Source: Eledone cirrhosa
Lineage: Eukaryota
Direction: 5' to 3'
Length of the DNA stretch: 64,000 nucleotides
Assembly (NCBI GenBank): GCA_964016885.1
Contig: OZ024748.1
Span: forward strand, 52,018,001 to 52,082,000
How positions within the stretch are numbered: the first letter of the stretch is position 1; the number at the start of each line of letters is the position of its first letter. Below the pieces are notes generated by a model. It ran no database searches. It had not been told where the DNA came from and worked only from the letters and a program-made list of their open reading frames with translations. Below, piece by piece: positions 24,587-37,547 of this stretch. Both the position numbers and the translations under genes were made by a program.

Positions 24587-25497
24587 ACGGGATGGAAAAA
24601 GTTCAGAGAGCTTATACCACTGTTGGCCACAAAAGGTTTCTCTCTAAAAATGAAAGGCAGATTGTGTGATGCTTGTATACCAACAGCAATGCTACATGGC
24701 AGTGAGACATGGGCCTTACGTGCAGAGGACCTGCGTAGACTGGAAAGGAACGAAGCATGCATGCTCCATTGGATGTGTAATAGTAATATACGTGAACGGC
24801 AAAGCATAAATGAACTAAGTGAGAAATTATGAATAAGAGGGATCAGATGCTCTTTACTTGAAAGAAGACTACATTGCTATGGCCACGTGATGCGCATGAA
24901 AGACGACAGCTGTATAAAAAAGTGCAGGGTGATCAAAATTGATGGTAGTTACGGAGTAGGTAGACCCAGAAAAACCTGGGACGATCTAATAAATTCCGAC
25001 CTTACACACTTACACCTCTCCAAGACAATTTCACTGGACCGAGATCTTTGGCACTACGCAGTAATACAGAAGACCCGCCTTGCCTATGTACAAAGCGAAA
25101 GCTACAGTCAGTAGGCACCTCTTAACCAAATATACACCCCAATCTACTACCCCTACCCTATCCTCCCACTCCCACCAACACCACCCTCTCTCTGTAAAGT
25201 TGGTACCACAACATCCAGTCCAAATAAATGAGATCGAGATCGAGATCGTGAAGGTGTCACGACAAAAAACACACAGTCCACGCTGTTATGTGGCCGTGTA
25301 GGTAACATGGTAAAAAGTTCCCAGTTCCACACTGTAAATGTGGTTGGTGTTAGGAAGGGCATCCAGCCGTAGAAAACCTGCCAGATAGTCCTATATTAAG
25401 ACACGGTCACCCGACCAACCTTGCCTCAAGTGGGACAACTCCTGTCTAACCCATGCTAGCGTGGAAGATGGACGTTAAACGAAGATGATGATGATGA
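24578..25497 (+). mobile_element. RTE (BovB-like) LINE 3' part with 3' UTR and (GAT)n tail
   Basis: [41 protein letters not shown], stop, then GHVMRM..GRPRKTWDD; UTR ends GGACGTTAAACGAAGATGATGATG. Confidence 0.9.
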
Positions 25498-25835
25498 TAT
25501 ATATATATTGATATATGTTTATAAATATATGCATATATATATATATGCATATGCATCTATACATGTGTGTAAATATATATATATTTATTGATTCCACTTC
25601 ATTTACTCTCATCTCAGGAACAATTTTGAATAGCGCCAGTTCGTAATTTGAATTCGAGAATTTATATTTTTCGAATGAAAAGATCCTTCTGACGAGATTC
25701 TTTCTTTGCAACGAAGGCCGTATGGACTCCGTTTATTTTTGAGAATCGAAACAGAATCGGTAAAGGTAACCATAGTAAGTAAAGTTAATTTTTTAAAATT
25801 TATTTTGAAACTTTTTCTTATTTGCTAAACCTTGA

Positions 25836-25896
<61 letters not shown>

Positions 25897-26024
25897 AAGT
25901 TATATTTAAAATTGTTGGGTTACAACTAGTAAATATTTATAACTGATATAAAAGCACTCGACAAATATTTGGAGTATATTTACAATATTAAATAAATGGA
26001 AAACTATATTTATAAAACCATATT

Positions 26025-26090
26025 TATTTCATTATATATATTTCGGGGATATCATATTAACAATATGCTATGCCTTCATCAGACAAAATA
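26025..26090 (-). ncRNA. Minimal type I hammerhead ribozyme (minus-strand copy)
   Basis: Reverse complement of the 26211-26276 motif; TCATCAG at 26076-26082. Confidence 0.75.
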
Positions 26091-26210
26091 CAATATAAAC
26101 AGTTTTATAGATAAATATATTCGACATACCGTAATAAACATCGACTTCATTTGAAGGGGTTTACGCTAGCAGTATGTCGAATATATTTATCTATAAAACT
26201 GTTTATATTG

Positions 26211-26276
26211 TATTTTGTCTGATGAAGGCATAGCATATTGTTAATATGATATCCCCGAAATATATATAATGAAATA
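26211..26276 (+). ncRNA. Minimal type I hammerhead ribozyme
   Basis: tattttgt-CTGATGA(26219-26225)-aggcatagcatatt..aatatgatatcccc-GAAA(26257-26260)-tatata-TA-atgaaata; cleavage after 26268. Confidence 0.75.
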
Positions 26277-26599
26277 AATATGGTTTTATAAATATAGTTT
26301 TCCATTTATTTAATATTGTATATATATATATATATATATATATACCCACATACACAATCCACCACCACCACCATCGTCGTCAGGACAGCCACCTCTGCAG
26401 CTACCAGTCCCAAACAACCATTCCCTAATCATATATTTCTACACCTTCAGGCTACACATCTGCCAATAAAAACAAACCCCCAAAAAACTGAAATATTACT
26501 TTTCATTATCATAATGAAATTGTTTTACATCTCCAGATATTCAACATTTTATTAACAAACATACACTCCACCCCCTCCTCTTCTACTTTAATTTTACAA

Positions 26600-28160
<1,561 letters not shown>

Positions 28161-28252
28161 TTATATGCATGTGTGTGTGACTCCATATCTGTTTGTGTTG
28201 TCCGGCACCATAATTGTTCCACAGGTAAATGTCCATGGAATAAGTATCATAC

Positions 28253-28480
28253 TTAACCCTTTAATGTTCAAATCGGCCAAAACCGGCCAGAATCCTCTAC
28301 CTCTTTCTGTTGAAACTGGCTGTAACTGGTCGCTCAAACTGATGTTAAGGTATTGTTCTCAAAATAAATAGTTTCAAAATCTCATAGATTCGATATTATG
28401 TGAGATAATTATGTGACATAAAGCCTTTACCATGAAAATATAATAGTATATATAGAGTAATGTGAATACTAAAGGGTTAA
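28253..28480 (+). mobile_element. piggyBac-type MITE, 220 bp
   Basis: TTAA-CCCTTTAATGTTCA ... TGAATACTAAAGGG-TTAA; further copies at 30656-31289 and 61453-61677. Confidence 0.9.
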
Positions 28481-28578
28481 GTTATGTTTGCTATCAAGAA
28501 ACATATAAGAGCATAGAATACTGATTCATAAACTCTCCTTCTCAAACCCTTGCCAACACCTAAAAACAGATATAAAAA

Positions 28579-28757
28579 TAATTGTTTCTACATTTGGCAC
28601 AAGGCCAGCAATTACCCAGTGCATTACTGGTACTTTATTTTATCGACCCCCGTAAGGATGAAAGGCAAAGTTAACCTCGGCAGGATTTGAACTCAGATCA
28701 TAAGGGACGTAACTATGCTGGAAAGCATGTCCGACCCTCTACTGATACTGCCAATTC
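28579..28757 (-). mobile_element. SINE family A
   Basis: Reverse complement of the consensus; AAAAATAAT on both flanks. Confidence 0.9.
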
Positions 28758-28789
28758 AAAAAATAATGATGCTGATAATTAAATTATTT

Positions 28790-28965
28790 CTCAGTGTATC
28801 GGCAGAAGTGGTAGAGCATTGGGCTAAATGCTTTTCAGTATTTACTTATGACTTTCAATGTTCTGAGATCAAATCCTGAAAGTACAACTTTGCCTTTCAT
28901 CCTACTGGAGTCAATAACATCTTTTACCTACTTCTAAATTGCTGGAGTTGTATCAATGTCAGAAA
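28790..28965 (+). mobile_element. Older SINE related to family A
   Basis: GGCAGAAGTGGTAGAGC...GAGATCAAATCC...CTTTGCCTTTCATCCT. Confidence 0.65.
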
Positions 28966-28976
28966 GAGATATGTTT

Positions 28977-29014
<38 letters not shown>

Positions 29015-29102
29015 ACATGAATGGACCTGGTATTTTTATGTAAAGACATTTCTTCCAATTCCATCCCGCCTGTCACCTAAATCTATTTTATTTCTCATTC
29101 TT

Positions 29103-29138
29103 TCTTCTGATGAAGGACTAGCATCCGAAACGTTAAGA
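29103..29138 (+). ncRNA. Very small type I hammerhead ribozyme
   Basis: tctt-CTGATGA(29107-29113)-a-gga ctagca tcc-GAAA-cg-TT-aaga; the stem III region is the palindrome AACGTT; cleavage after 29134. Confidence 0.75.
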
Positions 29139-29245
29139 CCCTCTTCCTGCTATATCAAGCATTAACCTAATATATACCTTCCATATACTATACCGATTGT
29201 GTTGTTATTTCTGTTTACCTTTTACATACATATATATATATATAT

Positions 29246-29443
29246 AACGAGGGAAGTGTGGTAAGGAACCAGGTGGACCATAACGCACCAGAGTACTCGA
29301 TACTTTGGGTAGTAGAGTGGGTAATAGAAAAAGAGTCAGGACCACGACAGCAGAGCTGAAACCGTTTCGACGGCTATTTCTGGACTGTCCAGAAATAGCC
29401 GTCGAAACGGCTTCGGCTCTGCCGTCGGGGTCCTGATTCTTTC

Positions 29444-29445
<2 letters not shown>
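29246..29445. mobile_element. Family C element: about 80-nt tail + hairpin
   Basis: Tail AACGAGGGAAGTGTGGTAAGGAACCAGGTGGACC.., then arms ..CCGTTTCGACGGCTATTTCTGGAC / GTCCAGAAATAGCCGTCGAAACGG..; (TA)n flanks. Confidence 0.8.
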
Positions 29446-29477
<32 letters not shown>

Positions 29478-29973
29478 CTGGTAGAGTGGTTTGTTTGGCG
29501 TGGATTCCTTTGTTTGAAATCTAACACCAAACCATCTGTGTTTCAGTCTACAATGGAATTCTTCCTCTTTTCGTTAGAGTCAGTGTGAGATGCCAAGAAG
29601 TGTTAGATACCTTATCCAGTACCAATGGCTAACACACACGGCATGGATCTGTCTTATGACTTGGGCCACCTGCTGAAGATGTGTAATAGCCAGGATACGT
29701 AAATATCTGCTGATATTGTGTGATATTCTGAACATTGCAAGTGTAATATCTGCATTTGTGAAGAAGTTATGTTACACAGAAACGATATCGTCAAGAATTT
29801 GAGATATTTACTTGTATCTCTACCAAAACATAACCACCGTATCTGCTATTACCTAAATGTGTGCACTCTGAACAGCTGATTGCAGCTGCATTACTGCAAT
29901 TCGGTAGATTAATTGAGTGTGCTAGACGCTGGCCAGAGTACGTTGAAATAATACCAGCAATCTTCATTACTTT

Positions 29974-30008
<35 letters not shown>

Positions 30009-30077
30009 ATCCTGTTAAGGGTGAAAGCAACGATTATTTGCTTAAACTTTAATCTGTTATTTTAATAAGCATATGAT

Positions 30078-30424
30078 GGAGGCACATGGCTTAGTGGTTA
30101 GAGCATTGGCCTTGCAATCGAAAGGTTGTGAGGTCAATTCTCAGATCGGGTGATGTGTTGTTTCCTTGAGCAAGACACTTTATTTCACATTGCTCCAGTT
30201 TACTCAGCTGAAGAAATGAGATGATAAGGACTGGGGTCCCTATCATTCCACTGCAAAGTGGTCGTGGAGGTGCCACGGCAAAAAAGCACCCAGCACTCAC
30301 TGTAAATGAGGTTGGTGTTAGGAAGGGAATCCAGCTGTAGAAATCAAGCCAGAATCAGTTCCCGTCCCACCCTTGCAAGCAAGGAAAAGTGGACGTAAAA
30401 TGAAATGATGATGATGATGATGAT
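30078..30424 (+). mobile_element. SINE family B (tRNA head, CORE-like body, RTE-type tail)
   Basis: GGAGGCACATGGCTTAGTGGTTAGAGC, CCTTGAGCAAGACACTT, GTTGGTGTTAGGAAGGG..CCAGCTGTAGAAA, (GAT)n tail. Confidence 0.92.
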
Positions 30425-30655
30425 AATATATATTCATAAGGTTAATATGAAATATTGTGAGATATTTAATAAAAGACTGTAAAGTGGTCGTGTAAGCAGT
30501 AGTCAACACGATAAAAAGCAGCCAGTTCACTCTGTAAATGTTGTTGATGTTAAGAAGAGCATTGAGCTGTAGAAAACAAGCCAATGGTCATCTAATATCG
30601 CTTGTCTCTCAATGGGACAATTCTTCTAACCTATGCCAGCATGAAAAAATGGACA

Positions 30656-31289
30656 TTAACCCTTTAGCATTCACATTATTTTATATATACTACGGTGGGT
30701 TGGCACGGTAGAGGGTCGGACGCCATGTTTTCTAGCATAGTTACGTCCCTTTACAGTCTGAGTTCAAATCCTGCCGAGGTTAACTTTGCCTTTCATCCTT
30801 ACGGGGTCGATAAAATAAAGTACCAGTAATGCACTGGGTAATTGCTGGCCTTGTGCCTAAAGAAGAAACAATTATTTTATAAATACTAAAGGGCGGTAGA
30901 TTGGCAGTATTGGTAGAGGGTCGGACACCATGCTTGATGCATAGAATTACGGCCCTTTATGATCTGAGTTCAAATCCCGCCGAGGTTAACTTTACCTTTC
31001 ATCCTTACGGGGTCGATAAAATAAAGTACCAGTAATACATTGGAATAATTGCTGGCCTTGTGCCAAAAATAGAAACAATTATTTTATATATACTATTATA
31101 TTTTAATGGTAAAGGCTTTACCTCACATAATTATCTCACATAATTATCTCACATAATATCGAATCTATGAGATTTTGAAAGTATTTATCTTGAAAACAAT
31201 ACCTTAACATCAGTTTGAGCGACCAGTTACAGCCAGTTTCAACAGTAAGAGGTAGAGAATTCTGGCCGGTTTGAACATTAAAGGGTTAA
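30656..31289 (-). mobile_element. piggyBac-type MITE carrying two SINE A insertions
   Basis: TTAA-CCCTTTAG...TAAAGGG-TTAA; reverse complement of the 28253-28480 copy once 30692-31080 is removed. Confidence 0.9.
30692..31080 (+). mobile_element. Two tandem SINE family A copies
   Basis: About 30692-30872 and 30891-31080; ATTATTTTAT(A)TATACTA-type target present three times. Confidence 0.9.
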
Positions 31290-31563
31290 ATGTTGATGAT
31301 AAATATTTTGGAAAGTTGGTAGCATGTGGTAAAACTATATAAAGGACAAAGCAAAACAAAGACACTTGAACCAATTCGGGAAAAAAATATTGTCCAATTT
31401 TGTTTAGCATTTTCTTTTCAGTTTTTGCATTTGAAAATAGGGTATAAACTCTGAAATATTACGGTGAAATATATTGGGTAAAAGGAAAACTATTTGTTAT
31501 CCTTTGCCCTTTATATATTTCTACTGCATTGTACCAGCTTTCTGAGATATTTATCAGTAAGTT

Positions 31564-31617
<54 letters not shown>

Positions 31618-31777
31618 TATATTATTTAATTATGATTATACTTAGAACAAAGTCAGTGCTATTAGGAAATAAAATTTACACTCTACCAAACAATACTGAG
31701 AACTCCACCAGTTAATGTTTCAATATATTTACATATATATATATATATATATATATATAGGTTATACACATATATAT

Positions 31778-31995
31778 AACGAAGGAGGTGTTGTGAGGAA
31801 CCAGATGGACAATAACGCACCAGAGTACTCAATACTTAGGATAGTAGAGTGGGTAATAGGAAAATATTTGACCCCGACGGCAGAGCTCGAGCCATTTCGA
31901 CGACAGAGCTCAAGCCGTTTTGATGGCTATTTCTGGACACCAGAAATAGGCGTCAAAACGGCTTGAACTCTACTGTCGGGGTCAAACATTTTCCT
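31778..31995. mobile_element. Family C element: tail + hairpin
   Basis: Same tail and hairpin as 29246-29445, with a small internal duplication. Confidence 0.8.
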
Positions 31996-32755
31996 ATATA
32001 TATATATGTGTATATAATTTCCTTATATACACACATATATATATGTGTGCACTCATATATATATATATATATATATATGCATATGTATACATACAGTGCC
32101 CCCCACCCCACCTAATGTATACACTTCAACAATATTCTAATAAAAGTGTGTATACATTTTTGGGGGACACAGACACAAATATATATATATATGTGTACAC
32201 ACACATATACATATATATATATTTGTGTGTATGTATGTAGGTAGGTAAGTAGGTATGTAAGTGTGCAGGTATGTGTACATGCCTATGAGCATACATGGGT
32301 ATGTGCTATCAACTGTGCATGTGTGTGTGTGTGTGTGTGTGTGTTTGGATGATGTAAAATTCCAAGCTAATTAAGTGCACTGCTAACAGACATGAACTGT
32401 GAATCCTTATCTGTTGCAGACATATCATTATGTCTCTCAGCAGAATACTTAATCTATAAATATCTTGGTTCATATACCTGTGAAAGATAGCTTACAGAAC
32501 TTTGGTGGATATTAACTCAAACTGATTGATTGCTGTCTCAGTTTTATCCAGGGGAACACCAATCTCTCATCCTCTGTAAATTACCAAATACAAATATATT
32601 CAGAGGTGAAGTTTGGACTTCCATTGCATATATTCGCTGTTTACCAATTTTACCAAAACACTCAGAGATTCATAAAAGACTCGGCACAGTTCTAAATATA
32701 GCTGTGTAAGGAGTACATACTTTACATTTTTTGTTTTGAAGGCACAAACAAATGC

Positions 32756-32913
32756 TATCATCATCATCATCATCATCATTGCCCTCACTGTTGTCATCAT
32801 CATCATCACTGTGATAATCATCAGTTTCACCATCAATCATCATCATTACTTTTAGCATCATCATCAATCATCATTGTCATCATCATCATCATCATCATCA
32901 TCACCATCACCAC

Positions 32914-32950
<37 letters not shown>

Positions 32951-33010
32951 GTCGTCATTGTCATCGCCATCATAATCATCATCATCATCATCGCCATCAT
33001 CCTCATCATT
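32756..33010. repeat. (CAT)n tract
   Basis: Direct reading. Confidence 0.92.
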
Positions 33011-33196
33011 GTTTTTTTTTCATCTTTCGATGCTGTCATGGTATGGTTTAAGACAATGGTTTACAGCTGGATGTCTTTCTTGACACCAACTATTTTCATT
33101 GCTTTTCATGACACACAGGGGTACGGTGTTCTTATTCTAAAACCTGAGATTCACACAGAATATATACACACAGCATATATATATATATATACACAC

Positions 33197-33291
<95 letters not shown>

Positions 33292-33295
<4 letters not shown>

Positions 33296-33517
33296 AAAGA
33301 ATAGAGGTGTAACACACAAGTTATTATATATTGGTAAACGGAATAGAAAATGCTGACAAATTGTTCACAGTTGAAAAATGGTTTAATTAGGAATAAAAGA
33401 GTATTAGTGATTGTATGGGTTAGTATTCAGTTGTGGTTTTAAGTTTTTATTCCTAATTAAACCATTTTTCAACTGTGAACAATTTGTCAGCATTTTCTAT
33501 TCCGTTTACCAATATAT
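33292..33517. mobile_element. TA-flanked element: short tail + about 72-bp inverted arms
   Basis: 33326-33398 is the reverse complement of 33445-33517 (TTGGTAAACGGAATAGAAAATGCTGAC..). Confidence 0.75.
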
Positions 33518-33588
33518 ATATATATATATATATAAATAAGATATAATAACAGGAGGCTGGACTGGTGTAAATCCTTGAAAGGTTTATT

Positions 33589-33646
33589 ATACTATGATCA
33601 TTTCAATGACCGGGTTCCATATGAATCCGGTGATATCATCAGGTAT
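33589..33646 (-). ncRNA. Type I hammerhead ribozyme
   Basis: Minus strand: atac-CTGATGA-tatcaccggattc..gaacccggtcatt-GAAA-tgatca-TA-gtat; stem III is the palindrome ATGATCAT. Confidence 0.82.
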
Positions 33647-33691
33647 TGGATGGAATATAACAAAGGAATATGTAAAAAACCATGGGTCCGA

Positions 33692-33722
<31 letters not shown>

Positions 33723-34249
33723 CAGATATTTGTGAAAGAAAGTAATAAATGGATTTGCATCATTTATCAATCCTTACATTACACATGTTTCTGCAATAAA
33801 ACTCACTCAAAAGATTCCACAACACTATGCAGTTTGTGACTCAATGTATAATACAATTCATCAGAGTATATTATCAAAATAAGTTTGGTTGGAGAACATC
33901 TAATTATAAGACATCAACATGACAAAATTACAATCATATACAAATGCACACACACACACACATATATATGTAGATTTTTATTTCTTTAAATGCTAGTGAT
34001 AAAGTCACTGGTTTGGTTATCTCAGTATCATTAATTCTTTGTCTTTGTTCTTCTTTTTGCTGTGCTTCAGTAAAGATTACTTAACTATATTTATTATAAG
34101 AGAGTATTGAAGTTTGCTTGAAGCATTGTGGAATAATAAGATATATTTTCTTTAGGCCGTTTTGGAAGCCTCAACAATGCAGATGGGTAACTCCCCGGGT
34201 AACAAGATCCGGTGGTGAAGAGAGAGATGTAAGTCAATGTAGAATAAGA

Positions 34250-35376
34250 TGTATAGTGTGAAGAAGAACGTAGGAAAGAGCGTAAAAAATAAAAATAATA
34301 ACACGAGATAGAGTTACCTTGGGAGAGATTTAATTGTCCCTATATATTTCGGATCCACATCCATCAACTGGGGTTTTTTTCCGGGGGGGGGTGGTCATCT
34401 GTCGGAAAGGTGCGAAACGTGTCCTCCGCTGTTCGTTGTTTTGAATATCTGAGGTATTCAGCAGAGCGCGCGTGCGCGTGGAATGGGGTCAGTCAGGTAT
34501 AGGTCGTGGCCGAAATAGTTCTTTTAATTGTGGCAGTGGGGTGGCGTTAGCTGTCAATCCATTGTATTATCTGTCCGTGCTGGTTTCAGTATTAGCAGTG
34601 TTGACTAGTGCGTGGTGGTGGTAGTATTCTCTGCCTGTTTGGTGAATGCTACTGTGTGTGTGAGCGTAGTTGTTGTCTCGCTTGTGTGTGTGCGTGTGTT
34701 GTTGCCTCGTTCGTCTGTATTAGCAGTGTAGTATGTTCGTATGGTGGAATGCTACTGTGTGTGTGTGGTGTGTTGTTGCATCGTTTGTTTACTTAAACCA
34801 ACCACCTCATTTCGCTTCTCTCGGATCGGTTATTTATTTGTGGCCCTAGGTGTTTGATCCAAAGTGCTTCCTTGATTCGTAATGTGCCGACGTTTCTTTC
34901 TGTCGCTAGAATTGTGACAATGGGCCTTCCGTCTTTTCTTCCGCATTTGGTTATGTGTTTCCGGAAAGACGAGGCTCTGGTGTTGATGTGCTCCTTGATC
35001 CGGATGTGTAGCGGCCGGATTGTGCTACCTATATAGTAGTGGTTGCACTTATTACATTCTATCTTATACACGACGTATGTGCGTAGGCAACAGTTCATAT
35101 GGCGCATCGGGCAGTTTCTGAGGGAGCACGCGTCAGTCAATTTCCCGGGTTTCCTGGAGAGGCATCTTCGCAGGGAGGGGCCCGAGTGGGCCAGGTGGAT
35201 GTCGAGGCCCTCCCTCCGTATAGCCTTGTGGATAGCGTTGGTGGTATTCTCGCCCAGGTGTGGTATTTCAAGGAAGCACTTGCCTTGGGCGTTTCTCTGC
35301 CTCTTGCGTCTGGTGACTCTTATTCTGTTTGTGAGCGAGGCAGGGTACCCGTTCGTCTCCAGCACTTTGAGGAATC
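34250..35376 (-). mobile_element. Second Penelope-like element, 3' part (GIY-YIG + UTR)
   Basis: GC-richer segment with an open endonuclease frame and a variant hammerhead near 34337-34374. Confidence 0.85.
34793..35376 (-). pseudogene. Penelope-like C-terminal GIY-YIG endonuclease domain (5'-truncated ORF)
   Basis: NGYP..CSLRNCP..CLRTYVVYKIECNKCNHYYIGSTIRPLHIRIKEH..LRIKEALWIKHLGPQINNR; the upstream part of the listed ORF is (TA)n. Confidence 0.9.
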
Positions 35377-35387
35377 TATATATTGAG

Positions 35388-35450
<63 letters not shown>

Positions 35451-35457
35451 AATTCAA

Positions 35458-35512
35458 ACTGCCTGAAGAGGTCACAGCCAAAGATGGCTGTCACTGAAAT
35501 ATATATAGCAGT
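35458..35512 (+). ncRNA. Minimal type I hammerhead ribozyme
   Basis: actgc-CTGAAGA(35463-35469)-ggtcacagcca aaga tggctgtcact-GAAA-tatata-TA-gcagt; perfect 5-bp stem I; cleavage after 35507; AATAAA follows. Confidence 0.87.
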
Positions 35513-35573
35513 AATAAACGAAGCTAAATTTTAATCATTTGACTTTTATTTAACTTTATTTTATGTATGTATG

Positions 35574-35618
<45 letters not shown>

Positions 35619-35915
35619 TAATTTAAAGTATCATAACATAAATATTATAAAAAACTCAATGGTCGATTGTCCAGAGCATCAATAATTTACATATATAGAT
35701 ATAGATATTTATAGATGTATATAGGTGTATGTGTAAGAAACTTATATATAAATGGAAAATCAGTATGTTTCAAGCAAATTATCACACCTTACTAATATAT
35801 ATATATACATAGGGGTAATAACTAGGAAGATATATCCAAGGTAGAGAGCAACATGAGTCTGTATGGATGCCTCCATTGTAATAACTGGCATTAATAATTA
35901 TATATATATATTATA

Positions 35916-35989
<74 letters not shown>

Positions 35990-35996
35990 AGGAAAC

Positions 35997-36304
35997 AATC
36001 AAAAGGTTGTGAGTTCAATTCTCAGACCGCGTGATGTGTTGTTTCCTTGAGCAAGACACTTTATTTCACATTGCTCCAGTTTACTCAGCTGTAGAAATGA
36101 GATGATAGGGACTGGGGTCCCTATCATTCCACTGCAAAGTGGTCGTGGAGATGCCACGGCAAAAAAGCACCCAGCACTCACTGTAAATGAGGTTGGTGTT
36201 AGGAAGGGCATCCAGCTGTAGAAATCAAGCCAGAATCAGTTCCCGTCCCACCCTTGCAAGCAGGGAAAAAGCGGATGTATGATAATGATGATGATGATGA
36301 TGAT
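35997..36304 (+). mobile_element. SINE family B, 5'-truncated
   Basis: Near-identical to 30115-30424. Confidence 0.9.
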
Positions 36305-36503
36305 GGAGATCTCTCTGTACTTGTCATCACATGGTACCATGGGCCCAGCACTATGTGTCAATAATTGTCACAGGTGTAGTGTTTGTACCAGAGTTTTCAA
36401 GTCGCTGGCTGGACTAAAAAGTCACACTTGTTCAGCGCATCGGTAGGGGTTCTCCTACATGGATATAAAGTAATGGCCGTACTCGAAAACGAGTTGGCAG
36501 CCA

Positions 36504-36559
<56 letters not shown>

Positions 36560-36602
36560 TATGTGTGTTTGATGATAACTATTTAGCTATATATCAATCC
36601 AA

Positions 36603-36637
<35 letters not shown>

Positions 36638-37225
36638 TGTACAGATACACACAGATATGCTCACACATGACACACGCACTGGACAGTATATGAAAGAAGT
36701 ACGTATATTTCCCTAGCAACAGTCAGCAGGCAGAGTAGGCAAAAGATTTGTCATACATAACAATAGGATGTGTAAAAGAAATAAAGTGAGAGAGAAATAA
36801 AGATTCAGAGAGAACAAGAGAGAGAGAGAGACAGAGCAGCTAAGTAAAAGCTGTACATGCAGATAGATGTAATAGAATATAGAACAATTCCAAATATAAG
36901 TAATATAGGATTCAAGGGACACTACTCTGCAGTTTTATCTATCTTTGACCTCTGACTGTATCTGGAAGCTTTCATTGCTTACTATAAAACATATTCATCA
37001 TAGTTTCTCACTGTAGTAAAATATGTAGAGCATGGTCCACTTTATTTTTATGTGTATATCTTATATAATATTTTTATGTGTATATCTTATATAATATTTT
37101 TATGTGTATACATATGTAATGTATATACATATGTAAGTACATATATATATATAAATATATTGAATGTAGAAAGGTAGCACATGAGTTTTTATATATATAT
37201 AAATAAATATATATATATATGTAGA

Positions 37226-37503
37226 GGTTATATTTAATTTGTTGGGATACAACAAGCAAAATATTTTTATAACTGATATAAAGCACTCAACAAATTATTG
37301 GAGTAAATATACAATATATTAACAAATGGAAACTATATTTATAAAACCATATTTATTTCATTATACATATTTCAAGGGCCACCAAGGCAGATTATGGTGC
37401 GCTTTCATCAGATAAAATATAATATAGATTAGTTTTATAAATAAATATTGACATACCCTGAAAAAATGCAACCTTCACAGTTAGAGTCTCCTTGATAGTA
37501 TAT

Positions 37504-37510
<7 letters not shown>
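37226..37510 (-). mobile_element. Family B Penelope pLTR (solo 3' end)
   Basis: Close match to 8868-9110; (TA)n flanks. Confidence 0.88.
37354..37419 (-). ncRNA. Minimal type I hammerhead ribozyme
   Basis: Minus strand: tattttat-CTGATGA-aagcgcacca..tggtggccctt-GAAA-tatgta-TA-atgaaata. Confidence 0.78.

Positions 37511-37547
<37 letters not shown>

Larger units (their letters stand above)
25898..26320. mobile_element. Family B-related hairpin element: tail + about 149-bp inverted arms
   Basis: 25981-26129 is an apparently perfect reverse complement of 26172-26320; about 83-nt unpaired tail; (TA)n flanks. Confidence 0.9.

Noticed and set aside
25618-25774. Possible exon between CAG| and |GTAAGT
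   Set aside because: Stops in all three frames; a non-coding exon cannot be supported without transcript data
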